Below are positions 24,421-37,029 of a DNA stretch of 64,000 nucleotides, one piece after another. The position numbers and the translations under genes were made by a program. The stretch lies in NCBI GenBank assembly GCA_036172245.1, contig JAYWIR010000049.1, positions 372,001 to 436,000 on the forward strand, written 5' to 3'. How positions within the stretch are numbered: the stretch's first letter is position 1; every line of letters starts with the position of its first letter. Below the pieces are notes generated by a model. The model made no database searches, was not told the DNA's origin, and saw only the letters and a list, made by a program, of their open reading frames with translations. Origin of the DNA: Raillietiella orientalis (taxonomy: Eukaryota).

Positions 24421-24719
24421 ATACCTCAAGGCACGTGTGTCGCGAAGTGACAGGGTTTGACTCAGAGTGAGCAAGTGAAAAGTCAAGGAAGTCTGGGCCG
24501 CCGCCCCAGTCGTATAGGCCGGGCTGCAGATGGAGAGAGGTCCCGGGCTGAGCCAAGTCGAGAGGTTTGCTTAGCGCCCGCCAGCAAGTTTTCGCGTTTT
24601 CCATCGCAAGAATTCGGTTTTCCGTGGGGGCCTGTTTTGACTGCTGGGTTGAGCTGAGTTCTCTCGCAAGGGAGATAAATTACCCCCTCGCCTAGATACA
24701 CCTTCCGGTACATCCACTA

Positions 24720-25120
24720 TGTTACGACTTATCTAACCTTATATCAGAGCGATGGGCGATTTGTATTCAATGATTATTATATTCAATCTACCTCTCTTAA
24801 ATGAATTTACAATTAAATTCTATTTCAATATAAAATTACATGCATATATCCAAACCTAAAACATTGTAGCTCACTAATTATTCTTTTTCATCCTGCATCT
24901 TGATTAAAACTTTTAATTACTCTTTATTAAGAAAATTAATTACTCCTTAATAATCAAATCAACGATATACAAACACCAAAAAAGTGAATTTCTCGAGGAT
25001 TATCATTTATTAAGCAAACTCCCCTAATAATTCTCATTACCACCAATTCATATAAGTCTTCCTCCCTACTTTTAATATCCATTATTTATATTAGAGTGCC
25101 TAATTCTATTTTATGAACAG
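24720..25120. other. Sharply bounded AT-rich, G-poor island (possible retroelement 3' UTR)
   Basis: Abrupt composition change; similar in character to the reverse complement of 59100-59780. Confidence 0.4.
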
Positions 25121-26383
25121 GGGGGAAAGCACTAGTGTCGGGTCTGGGGTGGAAGGGAGGAGAAGAAGAGGGTGAAACTGCCCACTCCTCCTGCCGGACT
25201 GCGGATACTTCACTTGGGGATAAGAAGTGAGCTGTTCATCATCGCTACAGGCATCTCCAGAACGCCCATTGGAATTCCGCAAACCTCAGTCGGGCAAACA
25301 GTTGCTTTGGGAGGGATATTTGGTGTTCCTTCGTCAGTAAGATGAGGCGCAGTGATTCTCCGAGGAGTCTCCTCAGACTCCAGTTTGCTGAAGCTCTCGT
25401 TACCTTGCCTGTAGGATGGCGCCATCGCAAGCGGAGGAGCTCACTGCGGCTTTAAGGGTGGCGTTGGCGCGTTCCCACTTCTCCGTCGCAGCTCTTGAAA
25501 GGGCTCTGTCCCAAGTCGTCCGCTGGGATGGAGCTGCTCTGGGTTGGTCCAAGAGACCCACGCACACACACCTGCAGCCTACTACCAGAGAATACCGGAG
25601 AACACTGTCCGCGACAGTCTGAGAAAGAGGACCGGAACTTGCAATTTATCCAGCATCAGCACTCCGAGTCCGGCATCGCGATGCAGAGTCAGCAGGTCTT
25701 TTAGACTCACCCAGGACCTCGTCCTTGCCCACGGGACTTTTCGGAGAAGTCGTTCTTTTCGGCTTCGTAAGGAGGTGGAAAGAGGTTAGCTGAACTCCAA
25801 GGCAGCCGTTTGCGAAAAATTCCACCTACGGCAATCTCTCCAGCGCATCTCCCTCCAGCGTTGGCGGCCGACCCCGCGGCGCTGCGTGGCTGATGATGTC
25901 AGGTGTGACCCAAGCAGCTATCAGTTACAACCCTTATGCAAGTAGCGTTCTAATAAACCACGAAGAGCTCCTCAGGATCTCGGGAAAAATACACAACCCT
26001 TTCTAAAAAGCTCTTGTGCATAAATACAGCAGGAGGTGATCTATCTCTCTATATACAAATATGCATATGTATGTCCATACAAATATGCACATTGACGTCA
26101 TGCCACAAATCTGCATTTCGTTATAGAAATTACAATTATAAACTGTCCCCAGATAATTATAGAAAATTCAGATTTATAGAAAGCAAAGCATTTAAAACCG
26201 GCTTCCTCGAGAGCGAATCGGCGGCGTGACGTCAACACACGGCATCAACATAGCTTAAAAGCAGCCAGCCCTCGAACTTCACCATGCGACGAAAGGTAGG
26301 GCGCACTATATGAGAGACCACTTCAGTATCTACTTGAGTTCTTCTACGAGACGGAGTGCTTGCTGTGTTTGAGGGGCTCAGTT

Positions 26384-26840
26384 TTTGCTGAGGAGCTCTC
26401 TGGGAACCCGCAAGGTCCGGGATCCGCCTGGAAGACTCCGCGGCGGGATGTCGGCTTGGACATCTTGATCCTGGAGAGGATCGGGCTACAAGTGCTGTTC
26501 TGAATGCTGATACTCTAAGACAAGCTGTGGACTTTCCCGATCTGTGTGTCTGCATGTGTCATCCTGCAGAGATGCTCCAGCAGCGAAGCACTGGTCTCGC
26601 TGTTTCTGGGCACCCGCAACAGAATGAGGGGTATCGACTTCCCACACAGGCAACTTGCTTCTCTAGTGGTAGTCTAAACGTGGATCTCCTACAGCCCAAT
26701 GAACTACAATGCTTGGCGGCAGGAGGCTGTTGAACCCTGGGAATGCGTTCTGAAGATCTTCACCCCCTGCGGCATCAGTTACCACGCCCACTAGAGATAG
26801 TGATGCTGGATGTGGTGAAGTTTTAGACCCTACCGCCACA
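26384..26840 (+). repeat. Direct repeat, copy 1
   Basis: Matches 28862-29318 at offset 2478; core 26434-26806 has 2 mismatches by eye. Confidence 0.95.
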
Positions 26841-27329
26841 ACCCTTGACGCAGAGCTGTCTGCTCTCAAGACAAGAGATGACAGTATCCTACAGGATAGC
26901 TGAAAGTTTTCCTGTACCATCGTGAAAAAAACCGGACTCTTCGGTGCCTGGAAGACGGGTGAGATGGTGGATGCTACCACTCCGCATGCTTTGGAGAAGG
27001 GACTCCTTCGGTGGAGCGAACTTCTGAGTGTTCCCCCGAAGAAATTGTGATCCCTTCCCTTTGGTCTTCTGGGCTGCAGTACCCTCTAGGGACTGTGGTA
27101 GAGGTTGGCAACAGCACTGCAGCACCAAGACGACATCTTCCGAGAGGTGCTGCCGCGGTTCTTTGCGCCGAGAGTCCTCTCAACGGGAGCTCTCATTGCA
27201 ACCATGGGTTGCATCTGTGTCATCATTGCGACCCCACTGGTGCTGGAAACCATCACGCAGCAAAGTTAGTCACCAGCATCCTCCACCAGTTGATGGAAAC
27301 GGAGGATTCGGTGATCCTTGTCATATTCC

Positions 27330-28700
27330 TCCCTTTATTATTTTTTTTCTTATCTCCCATCCCCATTCTCTCTGCAACTTTCTTAGCGCTTTTAGTTTTT
27401 ACCTTGGTGAATACGGAGCGAAAACAAAGATCCTTGGCCCTCCCACCACCCACTTTGTTTTTGTTGTTCTCTCGTCCCTGCCCCGCTCCGGACTTTCCGT
27501 TTTCCTGGCCTGAGTACCGGTGGAACCTCCTCTTCGTGTCTTGCTGTCTTCGGTTGGCAACCAGTGTGTTCCCAGGAGGTTTATATTTTAGAAAATGAAC
27601 ACCTCGGCATGAGCGGGTGAAAAACTTTAGTACCGAAAGTCGGACAGGTTTTGAATGCCGAGTCCTGTACTGCATACACTGTGTATACGCTATCCATGCT
27701 GTGAATCCGGGGATGTCACTGAAACTCGCTCTTGATGGAAAGGAGAGGGCTTTCCTCATAACAGCATCCGCTCCATCGAAGGACCTGAAGGTTTTTCTGC
27801 GATTTTTTTTTCCCCCCTTAATTGGTTTAGAAGACCGCACTCTGGAGCCATTTGTTACCATCACGCTTTCGCAAAGCCAACCTATTAAAAGAACCAAAAG
27901 ATAAATCAACGAATTCGGGCATCCAATTCCCAACAAGTCCAACCCCTTGCCCAGGGCTCGATGCCTTTTAAAACAGCATCCTAGGAGCGATTTGTCATCT
28001 TCGAAAGTTGCAGTTTTTTTTTTTTTAAGCGCCCTCAAGCCAGCAAGCAGCCGATTTTGAAAAAGTCATCCCGGGAAGAGAGCCGCTTTCATTATGCAGA
28101 GAGCTGCCCCACTTTCCCAAAGTCTCATCCCCCACTTTATGGACGAAAGTTCTGATCTCGTTACGAGCTGGAAGAGGAACTCGGTCTCCACTCCGCTTCT
28201 GGTGTTACGTAAGACCCTTTTCAGAAGGATTGCTGGGTATTCAAGAGGTAGGAAAAGAAGCCACTGGGCGATGTTGAACGGTCTGCTCGCCTCGCTCGCG
28301 TGCATCCCTAATATATCTTGTGTGCAAAGATTACTTGGAAAACTGCCTTACTCTGTGAGTGAGCTCAACATCCACCCTCTGCTTCGACGTTGAACGCGCC
28401 ACTCAAAGGACGAATTTTCTCAGAGCGGGCGCACGACCGTCGCGGGACGTGCGCGACATCCTCTCTGCACCACTCAAGGACGCTGCCAAGCTGCTACTTT
28501 CATCTTGTCAGGCTGCAGCCCACCCATTTGGTGGTTCCAATCATGATGGCTTCGTCCTTATTATTCGGGTTCCTTTTGGCGTAGCTTCGAGCCGCTTCAA
28601 ACTGGCCCTCTTCGAGTACGGATTTGCAGCGTGACCTCAACACGCGCGTACAGCATGAGGAGCAATAAGGCAGTCTAAAAATACAAAGGGAGACGCTTCC
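27330..28700 (-). mobile_element. Composite RT/thumb relics
   Basis: VLRNTRSGVETEFLF..CIMKAALF (LP.xASxEYL..xAFKLL-like); 27330-27620 resembles family B 19230-19440. Confidence 0.4.
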
Positions 28701-28861
28701 GAGTATGCTGCCCCAAAACATCACGTTGCGACGACAAGTAGGACTCAGTGCATGAGAAGCCACCTGAGGACTCTGTTATGTAGAACACCTGGTCCCCTCC
28801 TCCGCCTCCTGTTTCCTGTTTCTGCTCAACCCCCCTACGAGGAGAAACAGTGGGCTTAGCG

Positions 28862-29318
28862 TTTGCTGAGGAGCTCTCTGGGAATCCTCGAGGTCCAGGA
28901 TCCGCCTTCAGGACTCCGCGGCGGGATGTCGGCTTGGACATCTTGATCCTGGAGAGGATCGGGCTACAAGTGCTGTTCTGAATGCTGATACTCTAAGACA
29001 AGCTGTGGACTTTCCCGATCTGTGTGTCTGCATGTGTCATCCTGCAGAGATGCTCCAGCAGCGAAGCACTGGTCTCGCTGTTTCTGGGCACCCGCAACAG
29101 AATGCGGGGTATCGACTTCCCACACAGGCAACTCGCTTCTCTAGTGGTAGTCTAAACGTGGATCTCCTACAGCCCAATGAACTACAATGCTTGGCGGCAG
29201 GAGGCTGTTGAACCCTGGGAATGCGTTCTGAAGATCTTCACCCCCTGCGGCATCAGTTACCACGCCCACTAGAGATAGTGATGCAGGACATGGTAAAGTT
29301 TTGGACCCTACCGCCACA
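28862..29318 (+). repeat. Direct repeat, copy 2
   Basis: See 26384-26840. Confidence 0.95.
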
Positions 29319-30399
29319 GTTCTTGCCGCTTCCCTTTCCTTCTAGAAGTTGCTCTGGACGGTGGCGATGTTCTGGAGACTTCTGGCAGATGAGGCCACCT
29401 TACTGCTGCCCTCATAAGGGCTGCTGTCATACTGGTGGCCTTTCTTCGCTTCCAACCTGACTCCAAGACACGGGGCTGTCACTATGGAGCTGGTTTCACA
29501 CCTGGATGTGCCGGAGCATTTGTTCCTCTTGCAGGAATCGATGGGGCCGAAAGGTCCACCGATTCGAATTATTACATTAGGAAAAAGAGGGGGAAAAGAA
29601 GGGGTCGATCACGTGCAACAAGAAGAAAAGGAATGAAACAAAATTAGAACAAAAAGAAAACAAACTATAACAAACAATAAAGATCAACAAAACAACAAGA
29701 AAAAATTAATTGGGGGGAAGGGGGATCGCATTTTGTGATAGGTGAAGCCTCTGCATCCGTTGAAGGATGCCGGCGAGCTCCTGCTTCTGCCTTCCGAGGT
29801 GGGGCCACCTCAGAGCTATCTGCAGGTAGCGGATGGCATGCAGGACAGCCCCTCCGTCGCTTCGGCTTCCCTCGGCGTTGCACTTGCCACGACGATACGG
29901 CGCACTCAGCACAGCGCTGCGATTAAGGTTGCGGACGTCATGGCCTCCCGCACGAAGAGGGGTCTCAAAGAGTCTCTGGAATCGTCCACGGGGTGAGGAA
30001 GAGACGCGGACGTTCCCAAAAGACCCGAAGGTGGTAAAATGTCTCCATCTCTCCACACCTGGCACAGTTCGACGATGCGCTTCCCTTGGACCAGTTGTAC
30101 CGGCGCGCATTGCAAGAGATACCCCAGTGCAGTATCGGCAGCGCCGATTGCTGCCATTTGAGGAAAAGCAGCTTTCTTTCTTATAAACACGGAAGTTACT
30201 TTCAACTCTTCAGGCTGAATGGAGATGAGTTCGTCCAAGCGTTCTAGTCCTTTGGAGACGGTTCTCTCTTTTGCCGCATTAGTCAGCTGACGAGGATTCC
30301 AGCCACCGATAAACTTTTCGCGGGTGGAGATCTCGCAGGAAACCTTCGCCGGTAGGCAGGTGCCATGTATCCTGACAGCGGAGGACTCCGCTGCAGTGA

Positions 30400-30910
30400 A
30401 GGAGGTAGCTGGTGGTTAGGCCAACATGGCGCTGATTGCAGTGGATTCTTGCAATCACACACTCTTCTTCAGCCCGCTTCCAGTGAAGAGTCGCAGCAAG
30501 TCCGGAGCTGGGGGTCCTCCAAAGCAAGTCTCTGCCACAAGTTCTGCAAGGAACTGCAGTCCAACAGGAGATGACAGGATATGAGGAAGCGATTTTGTCG
30601 CCCTGCACCTTCAACAGTTCGGGGAGACAGCTTCACCGGCAACCAGGGATCTTCGCCGATTGCACTGGATTCCCCAGTTTCGAAACGGCAGAGCGTCCAG
30701 TTTCCAGCGTAATGGGAACATGGAGGTGCCCTCACACAGGGAAGGGACCACGAGTTCTTTGTGGGGATCCCGAGTCCTCCTGAAGGACTTGTGCGCTCCT
30801 CGTCGCGACGGAGGCCTCTGTCTCCTGACGCTGGAGCACCTCGAGCGGCAGCTCTCGTGGAGGGCGTTTGGCTTAGTGGCGAAGATTTGCCGCTCGAAGT
30901 GATGCGAGCC
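30400..30910 (+). mobile_element. Family B RT relic joined to thumb
   Basis: ggaggtgccctcacacagggaagggaccacgagttct shared with 43138 and rc 18826-18862; KDLCAPRRDGGLCL (HAP..DGGLG). Confidence 0.55.
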
Positions 30911-31949
30911 CGCGCTACGACTGTTGAAGCGAGTCACCGTCTACGCCGAACTGTCTTGGTTCCTAGAATGGCAGTGCCTACGCAACATGTTCAGCTGCGG
31001 ACTGGAGCCCCGGCGAGTGGTCAAACTGACCAGGACCAACAACTGGATCTTCTGCCGGCCCGTGAACGGTAGTGCCTGGCTGCAGGAAATCGTTTTCACA
31101 TGAGCCAAAAGCAACGAAGAGAGCCCGGGGACGTGGCAGCGACTGCTGCACTCTGTCTACAGCAACCGCATGCAGCAGGACGACATCGTGCAGCGCACCG
31201 CGTGTACTTGGGTGCAAAAACCCTCGCTATTTGCGGCACTGCTCTCCATCAGGGAGCACTTGGGCAGTAACCAGCCGGCCAAATGTGAGATCCGATGCGA
31301 GATCGGAAGAGCGAAGGAATTAGGTGAATAGACCACGGGCCAGCTAACGGACGCTGCGACCCCAGGTGTCCCACCGAAAGGAATATTGCAGTGGAAGACC
31401 ACAGGAAGACCTTGAGTGGCCTCGAGCGCTGAAGAACAATCCCAGGACCGTGTTGATTGCTCATTCGTCTGCCACATCCCCAGCAGCTCTTTGTTGCTGA
31501 ATACGTGTGATTGTGGCGGCCTGAAGGAACTCCAGCTGAAGACGGCACGATAGGGACGTTATCTGCTTTGCTCTGCCCTTCCTGAGGGCGGTAGCTAGAT
31601 AGCCTCACCTGGGACATACTCAGAAAGAACTTGCTAGCATCCTGGAAAGTACACAGAGGAAACCCTCCAACCCTCAGTGATCCTTTATTTAACCCACCCT
31701 ATTTTTGGATACACTTTTTCTGTATTCTTTGTTTCTTAACCTCCCACTATGCCGCTGCTGAGGAGAACCTCGCCGGTCTTAGTGCTGGCTACTCGGCAGG
31801 TTCCGAGCCTTTTCGTAAAATGTAGATCCGATGGAATCTACACATGTATGCTTATTTTTTCATAATAAATGTCCCGGAGTGTCCGAGTGGTTAATCGAAC
31901 AAATCACTTCATCGGAGTTCATTCTCCCGAAAACGAGGTGTGACACCAA

Positions 31950-32500
31950 CCCGTTCGTTTTCCAGCCCTTCAGAGTTCTTCGACCCCTGCAATGTTGCAA
32001 GGGAACTTCCACCCCACCGGTTTCCTGGTGTCATTTCTTGCCCTGAAGGAGGACAGCGCTGCTGCAAAGGTTTTGACGGCTATTCAGGATCATTGAGTTC
32101 AAGCTTACAAGAGACCTCCCAGTGGATTGTATAGGTGTTTCTGCAGTGCATGCAGCTGCTCTGGATTCATTTCCAAACTGGTCATTCAGGACTCCAGAGC
32201 CTTCTGCTGTCAGGTGTGCCAGATTATGGAGACAGAAAATCCACTGGTGAGCTACAAGCAATGAGGACGGATGCCTTACTGAGTAGCAAATCCGGTCCTA
32301 CGGCGTAGGTTGTGCGGCAGAAGTGGCAAAAGTCCTGCGCTTTAAGCTCATCGCCGGCGGATGTGACATGCCGGAGCACATCAATAGGAAGACCACAATT
32401 TGCCAACAGGGAGAGAAGTCGGAACTGCACCTACAGTCCGATATTCTCAATAGTCAAAATACCCACGCCTGCCTTTTTGCAACCAGCTTGAAATCCCTGT
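31950..32500 (+). mobile_element. Family B RT 6-7/thumb relic
   Basis: Homology to 43260-43760 (tgtcatttc.tgccctga; tgtgac.tgccggagcaca; cacct.cagtcc). Confidence 0.6.
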
Positions 32501-33849
32501 GGAAGCCGTGGAGATGTCTGCGGTGTTTCCGAACACCTGTGCGCTTCCTGAGAAGGGGCGGTACTCGGCGCCGCGGCTGCTGCATCGGACTGTCCCTTGC
32601 GGTTCACTTCCTTCCCGAGTGAACTGCTGCCCTCCAGAGTGCATTGGCGATGCCACTAAATCCCCCAGGAGACGTGTCTAGATGCCTCTGCGCTCGCGGC
32701 GTAGCGTCTCCTGTGGACCAACGATCGCAGCTCTAGTGTCGCTTACGCAGGAGTCGTGGCGGCGAAAAGCCACGGCAATGCTGGACGACAGACGCCCAGA
32801 GATGCAACCCTGACAGCGATTTCCTTTTCCAGAATGATCATCAGACGGCTGCGTCTCTCCCTGCACGGGGACGAACGCGCCGGCTTCCTACGAACAGTGC
32901 AGAGGACGACAAAGGGGCACCTGTGATCCCTTCCTTTCTTCTCCCTGAGCCTTTCAAAACTTTCCCAATGCTATTTCTGTTGATGGCATGTTGACTTTCC
33001 TACCTTCCAGGAGTCTTCGCTGAGTAGACCTCTGACGGCAAGCCGCCTGCGAGCTGCGACGACTCCCAGACTCTCATCGATGCGACGAAGCCTTCAAGGC
33101 CGCAACGAGGGGATGACCCGTAAACCAGCAAATGAGCTCTTAAAGAGGCGGTGAAAACGCCCGTGAGAACAAACCAGAAGAAGCGCTCTCCCGAGGAACA
33201 GACGACCTCAGGCGTCTAGGTTTCGCGCCTTCCCTCCTGCAGTTTGCGTGGAGGAAGGGTGGCCGAAATTCTCCGCTTCTTATGAAGAGTCCCGCAACGC
33301 TTCCAGGCAGGCGCCATCCCGTTTCATTTTTGAACTGTTCCCGAAAGTTCCTTTTCTTTCCTGCAGGTCTTCTCCCACTTTGAGTGACCGTTTCCCTTTC
33401 TGTCTTCTGATTCACCTCATGGCTTCACGGTGAACCATCCGAGCGGGTACAGCAAAGTAGAGTGTGGCAGCATCCTTCCTGGGAATGAGGAAAGTTCCCA
33501 GGGAACTTTCTTTGGAGTCCAGGTCCATGAGCAAATTATTTATCCTGAAGGCAGGTTTGCTCCCGGACAACTTTGGCTCCAGCGTCAAGAGTGAAGGCAC
33601 TCGTCGACGTTCAGTGTTGCCTGCGTAGAATTCCACAGCTCCTGGCAACGTTTTATCCTGTTTTGCCTCGAGGAGATTCGTTAAAGACCTTGAATCTTGA
33701 ACAACGTGGTTTGCCTCCGCCTGGAGAGCCCAGTCTCCAGAGTGTTTCATCCAGCGATCTCCTCCTTGAGAATACAACCGGTGGTTGTTGGAAAACGGCG
33801 GTGACTGAGAGCTTCTGGGACGGAGTAGGAAAACCTGCGTTCCACCATT

Positions 33850-34480
33850 TTGCGTTCCGGGATTCACGGAACTTGCCCTACGTTCTCCCCTTCTGCTGTC
33901 GCTGCTCCCCGGCCCGCAAGAAGCTCACGGCCTGCTGCCGCCTGGCTCTCTCCCGTCGGCGATCCGAAGATGGACTTCACGAAGAAGCTAGCCCTAAACC
34001 ATGGCCTTGGGTTCATCCAGCTGTTCAGTTCGAGACGGACGACGCCTGCCCGCTGTAGCCGCACCGCTGTGCCAACCCCGACGCCAGCCACCGCAGAGAT
34101 CGACTTCCAGAACCCACCAGGTCGCTGGCACATTCCATAGCGGGCGAGGGACGCGCCTCCTGCATAGGCAGCTTCCGAGAAAATGCCTACAACAGCCGTG
34201 CTGAAGTCTTGCAGTCCCCGGCTTCTGTGGTCAGTCAGTGGTAGTAGCAATGCGCAGAGACCTGAAGCGACAGTGACGGGCAACCCACACCTTCCATCCC
34301 AGAGTGCCGCAGGCCGACTCACTCGGTCGCCATGTCCACCCGGTCATGCCTCAACAGTCACATACAAAATCAAAAAGTACCTTCCATCGTGGTGGGTTGA
34401 CTGCACCGCCTCGAAGGGAAATGCCTTCGAGGAGCTTTCTCTCGTCAGCCGCTTCCCCGATGACATCCTCAAAGGAGGGG
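33850..34480 (+). mobile_element. RLE C-terminal relic
   Basis: GFIQLFSSR (RFIHRAR-like), SLAHSI, YKIKKYLP. Confidence 0.4.
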
Positions 34481-34949
34481 TTTAAAAAGGGGTAAACAAA
34501 AAGGAAAGAAGAGATACAAAAATCGCGTCTTAAAATGTGTAGGGGAGGAAAGGGATCTGATCGCAAATTCCTTCTTTGCGTCCTTAGTATCCTCTGTAGG
34601 ATGTTGGCTACTTTCTCTTCTTCTTAGGAGAGATGTGGCCATCTTGTCGCCTCCCTCAGGAAAGAACAGACGATTGAGACAACCTCTCCATTAGACTGGC
34701 CTTTTTCTGAGAGGCTTCTCGCCTTCACGACCCCACAGAGACAGCAGAGAGCTGAAAGGGATGCAGCAGGCGACCTCCAGTCGCGCGCGAAGCGCCGCAA
34801 GACCTCCCTGCCGTCGTCCATCGGGAGTGGGAGGACCGCAGCCAAGCGCTTCCGGACACTCAGGAGGGCAACAGCACAATCCGACAACAGAGGCTGGAAG
34901 GTTTCCCTTTCCTCGCATTTGGCACAGTCTGAGGCCGCTCTCCCCCTTG

Positions 34950-35690
34950 TCCAGTGGTGGGCTCGTAGTTGCATAGGATCTCCCAGGACAGCAATTGCAA
35001 TGCCGAGCCCCATCACCTCCGAGGAAATGTGGGGCTGTCCACAAACACTGAAGTTGTTTCTACCACTTCAGGAGGAATGTCCAGGAGCTTCTTCCAGCTA
35101 CGAATTTCATTGGTAGGATGGCGGCAGGGCTGCTGTGTTAGCCAGTTGACACACCTTCCAGCATACCTGCTGTTTCTTCTTCCCCGTGATCTCGCAGGAT
35201 ACTTCCCATCTTGCAGGACCATCTCTCTGCTCACTTTCTCGCATGGTTTCCAGCATGACTGCAAGTGGCGTGTTCCATGCTCAGGGGTCTTACTTCGGAA
35301 GTCCACGATTTCTTGCAGCGATCAGCAAGTGCAGTTCGAAAATCGCAGGCATTGCGTTGGCTGCAGGTTCGTGTGGTTTCTTTCACGCTACGACTAACTC
35401 GTATCCTGTTTCCAGACACCACAGCTGGTGGGGAGATAGGAAATTCAATTGTTCTCCTGGACCAAGACGACCATTTGGAGGAGCTGGGATCCTCATCGGG
35501 GCAACTCTCGGTAGCCATTCACAGGGAACGAACTTGGTCAGAAATAGCTACGTGGGAGCTCACGCAAAGCGCAACAGCTAGTATCCTTCCTCTACGTCAT
35601 TATCAGCAGTCAACAACAGGGGAGACTTCCAAGCTGCCTCACTTTGGAACTTCTCTTTTAGAGGGTTTCCCACGGTGGAAGCAGCCGTTC
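34950..35690 (-). mobile_element. RT/thumb relic
   Basis: KVRQ..SPLLL; IRSWKKLLDIPPEV...GLGIA. Confidence 0.45.
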
Positions 35691-36824
35691 TTCACGTTCC
35701 AGTAGCGTCATCTGCAAAATCAGGAGCAAAATCCAATCCATCTGATGCTACCAATCTGCATGCATCCATACGTATGCAAGTATACATAGAAATATATTCT
35801 CATACAGAAAAACTTCATATTGATTCCTACTGACAAACATACACTAATAATTTTTCGACGCGTTTCTTTTTTTTTCATTACGTAGTGTTTTCAAGAGCAG
35901 TGTAGTGTCACGCACTGTCTGCAGAAAACGTGCTCTATGTTTCAAAATCATGTGCGCAATCACAGGAGTGCTGAAAATTCAGAAAACCTCTAATGAAAGT
36001 ACAAAAGGGTTAGGAATTGAAGAGCCGTTTCTACTAGAAAATCATCCCATTTCCCTAACCTGTTCTTTTGCCACTTTGCTTCGGTAATGGAACAGCTAAC
36101 ATCCTAGGACTTAGCACCTTCGGCTCCAGTCGCCCAGCAGATCTTTCTCAGCAACGGGTTACTCCACGCTGTAGATCGCCTACCACCAGATAGCCTTTTG
36201 CCTGTGGGCGGGCCACATGCAAAAGGTCCAAGTGTAGTGCTCTCTGCCTGCACGGGTTGAGCTCCACAAAGGATCCTGCCAGCTAGAAGAGACGCTCCAG
36301 TCGTGTATGGAGTTATTAGCAGGTGCTTGCTAGAAGATACAAGCTGCCTCAGGAGATGCATTCGACGCTTTAGGAGACAGAATGGTCTTTTATGATTCAT
36401 TTCAACTTGGTACCCCTACAATCCCTGCTTCCTCTGCAAGACCGAATGGATGACCTTACGCTCGCCTTTTCAGCAGACCACACAATGTACTAACCGAGCT
36501 TCATCCAAACTTCAGGAAGGAAACAGGCAAAATGCTGAAAGTTAGGCCGATCCGATGGAGAAACTATTCAAGAGGGATGGGTAAAAGCGTGCAGGCGAGA
36601 AGCGGAGCAAGAGACGACCTCATCTATGAGCAAGAGCAGCAGCTCATTTCGAATTCTTGCAATTAGTGTGGCAAATCGACACGAGTTTCTGCCCGCAGCT
36701 CACACGAGAGATCCTCACGCATGCAACTTGCGGCGCATCCATGGCCACATCGTCTCGCGGGCAGCCAAACTCACGGCAATGACGCACGACTTACGTCGAC
36801 CTGCGTCCTTTTCCCTAAATTATC

Positions 36825-37005
36825 ACTAACCCTGTAATATTTCCTCTAACCAACCAAACCATAAAGCCCCACCTGCATGACATAAACTAACCTAACCTAT
36901 CCTATCCTCGCGCTACAACACCTCACCTAACATAACATAACCTACATCACCTAGCGCTACACATCCTAACTTCATTTAGCCAACTGCACCCAACATAACC
37001 CCATT
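36825..37005. repeat. Degenerate (CCTAA)n/(TTAGG)n telomere-type tract, left flank
   Basis: aactaacctaacctatcctatcc, cacctaacataacataacctac; 5-bp periodicity. Confidence 0.8.
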
Positions 37006-37029
37006 TTCATTCAATTAGTTGGTGCTGCA

